From positions 4,265 through 68,264 of the forward strand of contig VGDH01000002.1 of the NCBI GenBank assembly GCA_016869835.1: a DNA stretch of 64,000 nt. The letters are read 5' to 3'. Each line of letters starts with the position of its first letter. The stretch's first letter is position 1. The notes beneath the pieces are model-generated. The model was not told where the DNA came from. It was given only the letters and a program-made list of their open reading frames with translations, and did no database searches. Position numbers and translations under genes: made by a program. Source of the DNA: Alphaproteobacteria bacterium. Lineage in GTDB: Bacteria; Pseudomonadota; Alphaproteobacteria; Rhodobacterales; Rhodobacteraceae. Below are positions 19,266 through 28,674 of the stretch, in pieces.

Positions 19266-20242
19266 CAGCCCCCTCCGATCAGCGCCCCGGCGGCAAAGAC
19301 CAAAGCACCGCCCAAGACCACTTGCAAGGCGGCGCGGACAAAGGGGGTTTCCATGAACTTGTTCTGAATCCAGGCGATGGCCCAAAGCTCCACAAACACC
19401 ACGATCATGGCGATGATCGTGGCGGTCCAGAAGTCGGGGATCAGGTAGGGGAGCGCGTGGCCCATGCCACCGATGGTGGTCATCACGCCTGAGGCAAGGC
19501 CGCGTTTCCATGGGCTGCCGCGGCCCGAAAGGACGCCATCATCATGCGCGGCTTCGGTAAAGCCCATCGAGATGCCCGCCCCGACCGAAGCGGCGGTGCC
19601 GACCAGAAAGGTCGTCCAGGTGTCTTGTGTCGCAAAGGCGGTGGCGAAAATTGGGGCAAGGGTGGAGACAGAGCCATCCATCAGCCCGGCAAGGCCGGGC
19701 TGCACCCATGTCAGAATGAACTGCCGCCGCGCGCCTGCGTCCTCGACATCCTTTTCGCTGCCCGACAGGTGGGCGTCAGCCAGATCGCGGGCATGGTCTG
19801 CGTGGCCGGCTTCGGCGGCTGCGAGATCGCCCAAGAGCTTGCGTGTTGCGGCGTCCGAGGTGTGGCCCGCCGCACGGGTGTAGAAGGTGGCCGCCTGCAC
19901 CTCCATCGCGCGGGCTTCGGCGCGCATCGAGTCAAGGCCCAGCGTTTCGTTCAGCCAAACGGGTTTGCGCGCGTAAAAGCCCGCGACATGCTCGCGGCGG
20001 ATCAGGGGGATGACCTGACCGAACCGCGCCTGATGCAGCGCGATCAGCTGGCGGCGGTGGTCATCTTCCTCGGCGGCCATGCCGTCAAAGACGGCGGCGG
20101 TGGCGGGGTACTCGGTGCGCAGCCGTTCGGCATAGGTGCGGTAGATGCTGGCGTCATCCTCTTCCGAGGAAATCGCAAGCGCGAGGATTTCCTGTTCGGA
20201 CAGATCGGCAAACCGACGACGAGAGGAAATGGCGGACAGCAT
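19265..20242 (-). CDS. mbfA: Membrane-bound ferritin-like / VIT1 (CCC1) family iron transporter (Er-VIT1)
   Basis: 325 aa. N-terminal ferritin-like domain with ExxH motifs (EEDDHRR, EAGHADH) fused to a C-terminal VIT1-type membrane domain (LMDGSVSTLAPIFA...GISMGFTEA...). Confidence 0.8.
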   Translation of the reverse strand: MLSAISSRRRFADLSEQEILALAISSEEDDASIYRTYAERLRTEYPATAAVFDGMAAEEDDHRRQLIALHQARFGQVIPLIRREHVAGFYARKPVWLNETLGLDSMRAEARAMEVQAATFYTRAAGHTSDAATRKLLGDLAAAEAGHADHARDLADAHLSGSEKDVEDAGARRQFILTWVQPGLAGLMDGSVSTLAPIFATAFATQDTWTTFLVGTAASVGAGISMGFTEAAHDDGVLSGRGSPWKRGLASGVMTTIGGMGHALPYLIPDFWTATIIAMIVVFVELWAIAWIQNKFMETPFVRAALQVVLGGALVFAAGALIGGG

Positions 20243-20326
20243 GGACGGTCTCCTTCATCGACCTTTGTCAAGTAAAGACCCCAGCGAAGGAAATGGAAAG
20301 GGCCGCAACGCCGCAGGCGATGGGGA

Positions 20327-20938
20327 TCAATGGCGGCGTTTGCGGCGGATGAGGGTGCGGAAGATGATCCAAAGGTCCAGCGCCAGGCTTTGGTGTTCGA
20401 GGTAGATCAGATCCAGCCTTGCCTTGCGCGGAATGCAGGCGCGGCGATAGAGGGCATCGGTCTCGGCCGCCGTGGTGCAGCCGCGCAAGAGGCGCTCTTC
20501 GTGGCGGTGATAGATCAAGGTGGCAAGGCCCGTCACGCTGGGGCGTGCCCGCAAGACACGCCGATAGAGGCCGGGATAATCGACGACATAGCGACGAAGC
20601 GGCGGGCGCGGGCCGACGAATGACATGTCGCCCTTCAGGATGTTCCAAAGCTGCGGCAGTTCATCCAACCGCGTGCGGCGCAGGAAGGCGCCGGTGCGGG
20701 TGATGCAGGACCTCTTGTCACCGCCCGAGGCAGCGCCGTCGGCCACACCGGGACGCATGGTGCGGAACTTGATCAGCGTAAAGCCCTGTTCGGCGGTTTT
20801 CATACGCTCTGAGAGAAAGAAAACGGGGCGGCCATCGCGCAGAAGGATGACAAAGGCCGTGACCGCCATCACTGGCAATAAGGGACCCAGAAGCACGAGA
20901 ACACCGACGATATCGAAGATACGTTTCCAAAGGGGCAT
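20327..20938 (-). CDS. Bacterial sugar transferase (polyprenyl-phosphate glycosyl-1-phosphate transferase)
   Basis: MPLWKRIFDIVGV...KFRTM...LDELPQLWNILKGDMSFVGPRP motifs. Alternative upstream ATG at 21019. Confidence 0.8.
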   Translation of the reverse strand: MPLWKRIFDIVGVLVLLGPLLPVMAVTAFVILLRDGRPVFFLSERMKTAEQGFTLIKFRTMRPGVADGAASGGDKRSCITRTGAFLRRTRLDELPQLWNILKGDMSFVGPRPPLRRYVVDYPGLYRRVLRARPSVTGLATLIYHRHEERLLRGCTTAAETDALYRRACIPRKARLDLIYLEHQSLALDLWIIFRTLIRRKRRH

Positions 20939-21095
20939 CAGCGCGAGCTCTCTTAAAAATTCTGCACCATTGGCTTCAGGTGCGCGTTCAAAAATGTTTT
21001 TGTAATGGCCCCTTGGCATCCAAGGTCAGACGTTGGGCAAGACCCGTCGATTGGGGAAGGGCAAATTTCAACGGGCGCAAAGCCCAAAGGTGGGG

Positions 21096-21815
21096 TCAGA
21101 GCGGCCGGGCCGGGCCGCCAAGCGCTATGGTAGAGCCGTGGTTTTCCTGCAGAAAGCGCAGGAAGTTGTCGCGGAACTGGCAGGTGTGGGAATGGGCCAG
21201 CGCGTCGGCGCGCTCGACATCCCGCACGCGGATCGCGTCCAGCATGGCCGCATGCTCTTCAGTCAGCAAGATGCCGTCATGGGTGCGTTCAAGATAGTCG
21301 AAATGCAGGTGCAGCATCCGGCGGCCCTGATCGAGAATCCGTTCGTAGAACCCTGACAGGTAGGGATTGCGACCTGCCATGGCGATGGCCAGGTGAAACT
21401 GCTTGTTGGCCCCGGACATTTTCAGGTGGTTGCCACCCTTAACGGCGGACTCAAACGTCTCTTGCGCGCGGGCAATGCGGGTGAGGTCGTCCTCGGTGCG
21501 CAATTCGGCAGCAAGGCGGGTGTTCATGCGTTGAGCGATGTCCAGCGCTTCGACATATTTCGGGAAGCTTTGCACATCAATCGGGGCGACGATGGTGGAG
21601 CGGTTGGCCAGCGTCACGACCAGCCCGTCACCCGCCAGCCGAATGAACGCTTCACGCACGGGGGAGCGGGACATGGCGAAACGCTCGGCAAAAGTGGTTT
21701 CGTCCAAAAGCTGGCCGGGCGAAAGGGCAAGCGACAGAATCTCATCGCGCAGGGTTTCATAGGCGAAGCGCGCGCCGGTGCCTTTGAGCCGTTTTGTCTC
21801 CGTCTCACCGTCCAT
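21096..21815 (-). CDS. GntR family transcriptional regulator (FCD domain)
   Basis: N-terminal winged helix (AYETLRDEILSLALSPGQLLDETTFAERFAMSRSPVREAFIRLAGDGLV) plus a helical FCD-like C-terminus. Start is ATG 21815 or 21869. Confidence 0.85.
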   Translation of the reverse strand: MDGETETKRLKGTGARFAYETLRDEILSLALSPGQLLDETTFAERFAMSRSPVREAFIRLAGDGLVVTLANRSTIVAPIDVQSFPKYVEALDIAQRMNTRLAAELRTEDDLTRIARAQETFESAVKGGNHLKMSGANKQFHLAIAMAGRNPYLSGFYERILDQGRRMLHLHFDYLERTHDGILLTEEHAAMLDAIRVRDVERADALAHSHTCQFRDNFLRFLQENHGSTIALGGPARPL

Positions 21816-21938
21816 CTTGCCCCCCGTTCCCGCCTCATCACTAGCCAGTTCGTTGCAACATGTCGACACGGAACATTCTGGAGGGGGCCGATTGGCGCGG
21901 AAGGTTTGGAGGTTAGACCGCCCCTTCAGGCGGGCATG

Positions 21939-21970
21939 AAAAAAGGCCCGGCACTAAGGCTGGGCCTTTT
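21939..21970 (-). terminator. Rho-independent terminator after ilvD (bidirectional shape)
   Basis: The minus strand reads AAAAGGCCCAGCCTTAGTGCCGGGCCTTTTTT: a GGCCC/GGGCC stem with a U-tract. Confidence 0.6.
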
Positions 21971-21986
21971 CAATCGTGTCGAAAGA

Positions 21987-23828
21987 TCACGCCTCGTCGG
22001 GCAATTTACGGACTGCGCCCTTGTCGGCCGAGGTGGCAAAAAGCGCATAGGCCTTGAGCGCCTGTGACACCTTGCGCGGGCGGGCTTTTTCCGGCTTCCA
22101 GCCTTTCTGGTCCTGCTCAGCGCGGCGCTTGGCCAGTTCGGCATCAGACACCCGCAGGCTGATGGTGCGGTTCGAAATGTCGATGTCGATCATATCGCCT
22201 TCGCGCACAAGGCCAATGGCCCCGCCCGATGCCGCCTCGGGCGAGGCGTGGCCGATGGACAGGCCCGAGGTGCCGCCCGAGAAGCGCCCGTCGGTCAGCA
22301 AAGCGCAGGCTTTGCCCAGACCTTTGGATTTCAGATAGCTGGTCGGATAGAGCATTTCCTGCATGCCCGGCCCGCCCTTTGGCCCTTCGTAGCGGATGAC
22401 GACCACGTCGCCCTCTTTGATCTTGTTCGACAAGATCGCCTCGACCGAAGCATTCTGGCTTTCGAACACCCGCGCAGGGCCCGAGAACTTCAGGATGGAT
22501 TCGTCCACGCCTGCGGTTTTCACGATGCAACCGTCAGGCGCAATGTTGCCCTTCAGCACGGCAAGACCGCCATCTTGTGAAAACGCGTGTTTGGCCGAGC
22601 GGATCACGCCCTTTTCCCGGTCAAGGTCCAACTCGGCATAGCGCTTGTTCTGGCTGAACGCCGTGGCCGAGCGCACATTGCCGGGCGCGGCCCTGAAGAA
22701 CTCGCGCACGTTTTCGTGGGTGGTGCGGCTGATGTCCCAATGGTCCAGCGCCGCACCCATGGTGGGCGAATGAACCGTGACACAATCGCGGTTCAGAAGG
22801 CCCGCGTTGTCCAACTGGCCCAGGATCGCCATGATGCCACCGGCGCGGTGGACGTCTTCCATATGAACGTCTTGCTTTGCGGGCGCGACTTTGGACAGGC
22901 AGGGCACCCGGCGCGACATGGCGTCGATGTCGTCCATGGTGAAATCGATCCCGCCCTCATGGGCCGCGGCCAGAACGTGCAGCACAGTGTTGGTGGACCC
23001 GCCCATCGCGATGTCCAGCGCCATGGCGTTTTCAAACGCCTTCTTGTTGGCGACATTGCGCGGCAGAACGGAGGTGTCGTTCTGTTCGTAAAAGCGCTTG
23101 GTGATGTCGACGATCAGGTGACCTGCTTCGATGAACAGGCGCTTGCGGTCGCCGTGGGTGGCAAGGGTGGACCCATTGCCGGGCAGGGACAGGCCCAGCG
23201 CCTCGGTCAGGCAGTTCATCGAATTGGCGGTGAACATGCCCGAGCAGGACCCGCAGGTCGGGCAAGCGGCCTTTTCGATCTCGTCGACTTCTTCGTCGGT
23301 GTATTTGTCATCAGCGGCGACAACCATGGCGTCAACCAGATCAAGCGCGATTTCCTTGCCCTTGATGACAGCCTTGCCGGCCTCCATCGGGCCACCCGAG
23401 ACAAAAACCGCCGGAATGTTCAACCGCATCGCGGCCATCAGCATGCCGGGGGTGATCTTGTCGCAGTTGGAGATACAGACCATCGCGTCGGCGCAATGGG
23501 CATTGACCATGTATTCCACCGAGTCAGCGATGATTTCGCGTGAGGGCAGCGAATACAGCATCCCGTCATGGCCCATGGCGATGCCGTCATCGACGGCGAT
23601 CGTGGAGAATTCCTTGGCCACACCGCCTGCGGCCTCAACCTCGCGCGCGACCATCTGGCCGAGGTCTTTCAGGTGCACGTGGCCGGGTACGAATTGGGTG
23701 AAGGAGTTGACGATGGCGATGATCGGTTTGCCGAAATCACCGTCTTTCATGCCTGTGGCGCGCCACAGACCTCGGGCACCGGCGTTGTTGCGGCCATGGG
23801 TTGTCGTGCGGGAACGATAGGCGGGCAT
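21987..23828 (-). CDS. ilvD: Dihydroxy-acid dehydratase
   Basis: 613 aa, IlvD/Edd motifs ([32 protein letters not shown]). Confidence 0.97.
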   Translation of the reverse strand: MPAYRSRTTTHGRNNAGARGLWRATGMKDGDFGKPIIAIVNSFTQFVPGHVHLKDLGQMVAREVEAAGGVAKEFSTIAVDDGIAMGHDGMLYSLPSREIIADSVEYMVNAHCADAMVCISNCDKITPGMLMAAMRLNIPAVFVSGGPMEAGKAVIKGKEIALDLVDAMVVAADDKYTDEEVDEIEKAACPTCGSCSGMFTANSMNCLTEALGLSLPGNGSTLATHGDRKRLFIEAGHLIVDITKRFYEQNDTSVLPRNVANKKAFENAMALDIAMGGSTNTVLHVLAAAHEGGIDFTMDDIDAMSRRVPCLSKVAPAKQDVHMEDVHRAGGIMAILGQLDNAGLLNRDCVTVHSPTMGAALDHWDISRTTHENVREFFRAAPGNVRSATAFSQNKRYAELDLDREKGVIRSAKHAFSQDGGLAVLKGNIAPDGCIVKTAGVDESILKFSGPARVFESQNASVEAILSNKIKEGDVVVIRYEGPKGGPGMQEMLYPTSYLKSKGLGKACALLTDGRFSGGTSGLSIGHASPEAASGGAIGLVREGDMIDIDISNRTISLRVSDAELAKRRAEQDQKGWKPEKARPRKVSQALKAYALFATSADKGAVRKLPDEA

Positions 23829-23913
23829 GGATTTCTCCGGATTTGGTCAGGCATCAAGTGGCATCGGCAGTCTCATGGGTCAAGGTGCCTGTGCAAAAGA
23901 TAAGCAAGGCAGG

Positions 23914-24393
23914 CTAGATCACTGCCTGCCAAAGCTCGATGAACACGCGCGCCTCATCGCCGGGCTCCGCCCAGGCAGTGCCGAACAGCACGGCATGAGA
24001 TAGCCAGACATGGGGTCCGGCAGGGGCTTCGATCACAGCCCGGGTGCGGCCTTGGAAGCTGTCATCGGGCATCGGCTGCATGCGGCCAGCGTTGGTAATC
24101 ATGAGCGGCGTGCCGTCGTCCAGCATCAGGCAATAGCGCGCTTCGATGGCAAAGGCACCATCGGGAAGGCGCTGGGCAAAGTCGGCACCGCCAGGCAGGA
24201 TATGCCCGGAGATGCCGGGACCGGTGACGGCACCGCCGGTGATCGGGAACATGGCGCGGCGGGTGCCCTGCGCGGTATCAAATTCGAGCGCGGGACCAAG
24301 ATCGGCGCGAATGGCAAGGGCAAAGCGCAAGGAGGGCTGGCCCGGTGACAGGCTGGCGCCAAGACTGCGCGCATCAAGGCTTGTCGTTGTCAT
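23914..24393 (-). CDS. DUF3237 family protein
   Basis: 159 aa from ATG 24393, preceded by a GGAGGGA RBS. Beta-rich sequence; the C-terminus ...VLFGTAWAEPGDEARVFIELWQAV fits my memory of DUF3237. Confidence 0.55.
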   Translation of the reverse strand: MTTTSLDARSLGASLSPGQPSLRFALAIRADLGPALEFDTAQGTRRAMFPITGGAVTGPGISGHILPGGADFAQRLPDGAFAIEARYCLMLDDGTPLMITNAGRMQPMPDDSFQGRTRAVIEAPAGPHVWLSHAVLFGTAWAEPGDEARVFIELWQAVI

Positions 24394-24456
24394 GCTTCCC
24401 TCCGTATTCTGCGGGCCAAGGGTGCAGAACTGCACCAGCAAGGCAAGGGAAAAGCC

Positions 24457-25701
24457 ATGATCTTGATTGCGGGCGGCGGCATTGCGGGGCTGGTCATGGG
24501 GCTGACGCTGCACCAGTTGGGGCTGCCGTTCCGGGTTTATGAGCGTGTGGCCGAGCCGCGCCCCTTGGGTGTCGGGATAAACCTGCAACCAAACTCGGTG
24601 CGGGAGTTGTTTGATCTGGGGCTGGAGGCCGAGTTGGACGCGCTGGGCGTGCGGACGCGGCAATATGGGTTCTATTCCAAACACGGGCAGGAAATCTGGG
24701 TCGAGCCGCGCGGGCTTCATGCGGGCTATCATTGGCCGCAGTATTCGGTGCACCGGGGCAATTTCCAGATGATGCTACTGCGCGTGCTGCGGGCGCGGGC
24801 GGGGGTTGAATCTGTGGTCACTGGCGCGGGGGTGGTGGGGTTTGAAACCACCGATCAGGGGGCCACGCTGATCTTGAGCGATGGGCGGCGCGTGACGGGG
24901 GATTTGGCGATTGCCGCTGACGGCATCCATTCGGCCATTCGCCGTCAGATGGTGCCGGACGAGGGGGAGCCGATCTGGAATGGTGCCATCATGTGGCGCG
25001 GCACGACGCGGGCGGCGCAGTTTCTGGGCGGCAATGCGATGTTTTTGGCGGGACACGACAGCCAGCGGTTTGTGGCCTATCCGATTTCAGGGCCGGACCC
25101 GGACACCGGGCTGTCCGAGATCAACTGGATTGCCGAGTTGCGCGTGGACCCGGCGCGCGCCATGTCCAAGGGCGACTGGAACCGCCCCGCCGACAAGGGT
25201 GATTTCGCGCCCGCCTTTGAGGCGTGGGACTTCGGCTGGGTGGATTGCCCGGCGCTGATTGCGGCCTCTGGGCTGGTCTATGAATACCCAATGGTGGACC
25301 GCGAGCCTTTGCCAAGTTGGACCCATGGCTGCGTGACGCTGATGGGGGATGCGGCGCATGCCACCTATCCAGTGGGGTCCAATGGAGCGTCTTTGGCCAT
25401 CATCGACGCGCGCAAGATCGGGGCCGCGCTGCGCGCCCATGGGATCGGGCGCGCCGCCCTTTTGGCCTATGTGGACGAGATGCGCCCGCGAGTCGAAAAG
25501 GTTTTGCGCGCCAACCGTGGAAAGGGACCGGATGCAGTGATGCAGATGGTCGAGGATCGGACGGGTGGTGCGCGGTTCGACAGCATTGATGCTGTCATTC
25601 CCCGCGCAGACCTTGCCGCCCATGCGGAACATTACAAGCAGCTGTCAGGATTTTCCGTGGATGTGCTGAACGCGCAAGCGCCGATCCTGGGTGCTGCCTG
25701 A
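24457..25701 (+). CDS. FAD-dependent aromatic-ring-hydroxylase-like monooxygenase
   Basis: 414 aa, N-terminal GxGxxG (ILIAGGGIAGLVMGL), DG motif (AADGIHSAIR) and GD motif (LMGDAAHATYPVGSNGASLAI). Confidence 0.8.
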   Translation: MILIAGGGIAGLVMGLTLHQLGLPFRVYERVAEPRPLGVGINLQPNSVRELFDLGLEAELDALGVRTRQYGFYSKHGQEIWVEPRGLHAGYHWPQYSVHRGNFQMMLLRVLRARAGVESVVTGAGVVGFETTDQGATLILSDGRRVTGDLAIAADGIHSAIRRQMVPDEGEPIWNGAIMWRGTTRAAQFLGGNAMFLAGHDSQRFVAYPISGPDPDTGLSEINWIAELRVDPARAMSKGDWNRPADKGDFAPAFEAWDFGWVDCPALIAASGLVYEYPMVDREPLPSWTHGCVTLMGDAAHATYPVGSNGASLAIIDARKIGAALRAHGIGRAALLAYVDEMRPRVEKVLRANRGKGPDAVMQMVEDRTGGARFDSIDAVIPRADLAAHAEHYKQLSGFSVDVLNAQAPILGAA

Positions 25702-25777
25702 CACCATGGCGCGCGGATCGGGGGTTTTCCACCCCCACGCGGGCTTGGAACCAAGCCCGCGTCCCCCGGAGGGTATT

Positions 25778-26695
25778 TCAGCCAAGATGAACAGCCGGGC
25801 GCTGGCCCCAGACCCCGGCGATGTAGTTTGCCGTCATCAGATCAAGATGGGCCCCGCCGCCGTTTTTGGCGATGGTGATCTCATCATCCGAGCGGCGGGT
25901 GTAGATCGTGGGGTCGTCGTAGAAGTCGGCGACGATGTGGCTTTCGGTGATGGCACCGGATTTCAACGGGTCGATCAGCTCACCGATGTGGTGGATCGTG
26001 GTGGCGCGGGCATCGACAAACAGGCGCGCGCGGGCCATGGCGGTATCGTCCACTTCGCGCATGCCGGGTTTGTAGGCGCCGATCAGGTCAAGGTGCTGCC
26101 CGGGTTGCAGCCATTCGCCGCGGATCAACGGTTCGGTTGCCATGGTGGCAGTGCAGATCACATCGGCGGATTTTACTGCCTGTTGCAGATCATCGGCCAC
26201 GGGGAGGCCCATCGCCGTGGCGCTAGCGCGTGAGCGGCTCCAGACGGTGAAGCGGGCGTCGGGGAAGAGGCTGGAATAGGCCTGAACCATGGATTTGGCG
26301 ACGGTGCCTGCGCCGACCAGCAGGAAGTTCTTCGCATCCTTGCGCGCCAGGCGGCGGGCTGAAAGCAAGCTGTCCCCGGCGGTTTTCCATTTGGTGACCA
26401 GGTGGAAATCGACCAAGGCGGTCAATTCTCCGGTCTTGTCATCATAAAGCGTGACCGAACCGTTCGCCGTGGGCAGCCCGCGCTGGGCGTTGCTGGGAAT
26501 AACCGTAGCCACTTTGACCAAAGAGCCAAGCCCGTCGATCCAAGTGGCGCGGTCCAGGATGGTGTCTTGGCCGCGATAGACGAAAAGGTCTTTGATGTCA
26601 GGTTTGGGCAGGCGGTGGCCCGCCTCGAACGCCTCAAGAAGCCCCGGCCATGTCAGCAGCGCTTCGGCGTCTTTCGGGACGATCGTCAGGGTCAT
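25778..26695 (-). CDS. Ornithine cyclodeaminase / mu-crystallin family protein
   Basis: 305 aa from ATG 26695, overlapping the upstream stop (ATGA). Rossmann motif LLVGAGTVAKSMVQAY. Confidence 0.75.
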   Translation of the reverse strand: MTLTIVPKDAEALLTWPGLLEAFEAGHRLPKPDIKDLFVYRGQDTILDRATWIDGLGSLVKVATVIPSNAQRGLPTANGSVTLYDDKTGELTALVDFHLVTKWKTAGDSLLSARRLARKDAKNFLLVGAGTVAKSMVQAYSSLFPDARFTVWSRSRASATAMGLPVADDLQQAVKSADVICTATMATEPLIRGEWLQPGQHLDLIGAYKPGMREVDDTAMARARLFVDARATTIHHIGELIDPLKSGAITESHIVADFYDDPTIYTRRSDDEITIAKNGGGAHLDLMTANYIAGVWGQRPAVHLG

Positions 26696-27318
26696 AGCCC
26701 GGCCTCCTGTTGTGTCAGCAATCCTTCGGCCACCAGCCGGGCGGCCCAGCCTTGCCAGTTTTCGAACTGATGGGTGCGCCATCCGCGGCGGGCGGCGGCG
26801 GTGATGTTATCGGCGCGGTCATCGGTAAAGAGCAGGCTTGCAGGCGGCAAGCCGCAATCATCCTCGACTATCTCATAGATGCGCGGATCGGGTTTGATGA
26901 CGCCCATCCGGCCCGAGACATAGAGCCGGTCAAAATCGGTGAGGAAATCCATCTTGGGCAGGGCTTCTTCAAACGAATATTTGCCGAAATTGGTCAGGGC
27001 AAAGACCGGAACCCCCTTGGCCCGCAGCGCGCGTTGGAGCGCAATGGCGCCGTCGATCCTGGGCGAGGCGAGTTCGATCCAGCGGTCATACCAGAGGCGG
27101 ATTTCGGCCTGCCAATGAGGATGGCGGTCGCCCCAGTCGTAGATGGTTTCGCGAAAGAGCGCACCTTCATCGACGATGTCGTTCATGCGGTGCAGATCGA
27201 CCTCGGCAAAGAGGGCGCGGCGACGCTCCTCGCCGATCACGCGGTCATAAAACGCCTCGGGCTGCCAGCGGGTCAGCACATTGCCGATGTCAAAGATCAC
27301 CGCTTGGGGCTGCGACAT
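26692..27318 (-). CDS. HAD-IA family hydrolase (YihX-like DxGNV variant)
   Basis: 208 aa from ATG 27318. Motif I is VIFDIGNVL, followed by LTNF, then KPDPRIYE and FTDDRADNI. Confidence 0.75.
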   Translation of the reverse strand: MSQPQAVIFDIGNVLTRWQPEAFYDRVIGEERRRALFAEVDLHRMNDIVDEGALFRETIYDWGDRHPHWQAEIRLWYDRWIELASPRIDGAIALQRALRAKGVPVFALTNFGKYSFEEALPKMDFLTDFDRLYVSGRMGVIKPDPRIYEIVEDDCGLPPASLLFTDDRADNITAAARRGWRTHQFENWQGWAARLVAEGLLTQQEAGL

Positions 27319-28252
27319 CCTGAACCTTCCTTCTGACGGTCTCACGCCAGAGCGTATAAAGACCTGCGCCGCAGATAAGCGCAATCCCTGCCCATGCGGT
27401 GGCATCGGGCCAAGTGCCGAAGACCACCATGCCCCAGAAAATGGCCATCGGCATGCCGATATACTCAAAGGGTGCCACAAGAGCGGCCTCAGTCGTGCGG
27501 TAGGCCTGGCTCATCAACAGCCCGCCGACGCCAACGGCAAGCCCGGTAGCGAGGAAGGCCCACCAATCCGTGACAGGCGGAACATGCCAAGGGCGGAACA
27601 GGAATTCCCATGTGCTGCCGGGCGGTTGGGCCATATGTCCATCACCGACCAATAGGCCAAAGCTGCAGGACACAAGGATAAATCCGACCTGAACGTAAAA
27701 GTTCAGCGTCATCGCGCTTTCGGTGTCGCGCATGTGGCGGGTCATCATGTGGCTGGCGGCATAGCAGAAGGCCGAAATGAGGACGAGAATGGCGGCGGGC
27801 TGGATCACGCCCTGGCCAGGGCGGGTCATGATGACAACGCCGAGAAGGCCGACCGCCACCGCGGCCCAGCGCCGGGGGCCGACGTATTCGCGCAGGATCA
27901 CCGCCGACATCAGGGTGACAAACAGCGGTGAGACAAAGGCCACCGCCACGGCATCGGCCAAGGGCATCAGCGACAGGCCAATGAAATAGGTGATGTTCGA
28001 CACCATGACGATGCAGACGCGGAAGAAATGCGCGCCGATCCGGCGGGTGCGCATCTGATGGAGGCCCGCGTTTGACACCCACATCACCCCCAGCACCAGC
28101 ACGATGCCGACAAGCGCACGGATGAGGATCACCTGATGCAGCGCATAGGCCCCCGAAAGCGCCTTGATCGCCAGATCGTTGAGCGACAGGATCACCCCGC
28201 CCCCAAGGGCAAGGAGGATCCCGGTGGTGTTGCTGCTTTGGGCCGGTTGCAT
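27290..28252 (-). CDS. DMT (EamA-like) family transporter
   Basis: 320 aa, about 10 TM segments. Its 3' end overlaps the HAD gene start by 29 nt. Confidence 0.75.
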   Translation of the reverse strand: MQPAQSSNTTGILLALGGGVILSLNDLAIKALSGAYALHQVILIRALVGIVLVLGVMWVSNAGLHQMRTRRIGAHFFRVCIVMVSNITYFIGLSLMPLADAVAVAFVSPLFVTLMSAVILREYVGPRRWAAVAVGLLGVVIMTRPGQGVIQPAAILVLISAFCYAASHMMTRHMRDTESAMTLNFYVQVGFILVSCSFGLLVGDGHMAQPPGSTWEFLFRPWHVPPVTDWWAFLATGLAVGVGGLLMSQAYRTTEAALVAPFEYIGMPMAIFWGMVVFGTWPDATAWAGIALICGAGLYTLWRETVRRKVQDVAAPSGDL

Positions 28253-28355
28253 GGCTTAATCAACACCGGGCCGCGCGCGGGTTTCTATCCTGCGCGCGAC
28301 ACGGCCCGCCCCCAAATGGCCCGAGCGCCCCGATTTTCGTCGAGCGCGAGATCGG

Positions 28356-28667
28356 TCAGGCCGGCACGATCAGGGTCAGACCGTCAAGATCAGGCGACAT
28401 CTTTACCTGGCAAGACAGGCGTGAGGTCGGCTGACGTTCGGCCTCGGCCACATCCAGCATAGCGTCTTCGAAATCACCCACCGCACCGGTCTTTGCCGCC
28501 CAGTCCGGGGCGACATAGACATGGCAGGTGGCGCAGGACAGCGAGCCGCCGCATTCGCCGATGACACGGGGCACGTTGTGGGCAACGGCGGCTTCCATCA
28601 GGTTCTGGCCTTCGCGGACCTCGGCGGTGATGGTGCTGCCGTTAGGCAGGATCCAGTGGGCTTTCAT
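28356..28667 (-). CDS. 2Fe-2S ferredoxin (adrenodoxin/putidaredoxin type)
   Basis: 103 aa, cluster ligands in GECGGSLSCATCHV plus the later RLSCQV. Confidence 0.9.
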   Translation of the reverse strand: MKAHWILPNGSTITAEVREGQNLMEAAVAHNVPRVIGECGGSLSCATCHVYVAPDWAAKTGAVGDFEDAMLDVAEAERQPTSRLSCQVKMSPDLDGLTLIVPA

Positions 28668-28674
28668 AGGGTCC

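Noticed and set aside
20243-20326. Irr (ICE) or RirA (IRO) iron-responsive operator upstream of mbfA
   Set aside because: I could not find a TTTAGAA-type palindrome or TGA-N9-TCA in the 84-bp gap. TTGACA is present but is too close to the start codon to be a -35 box.
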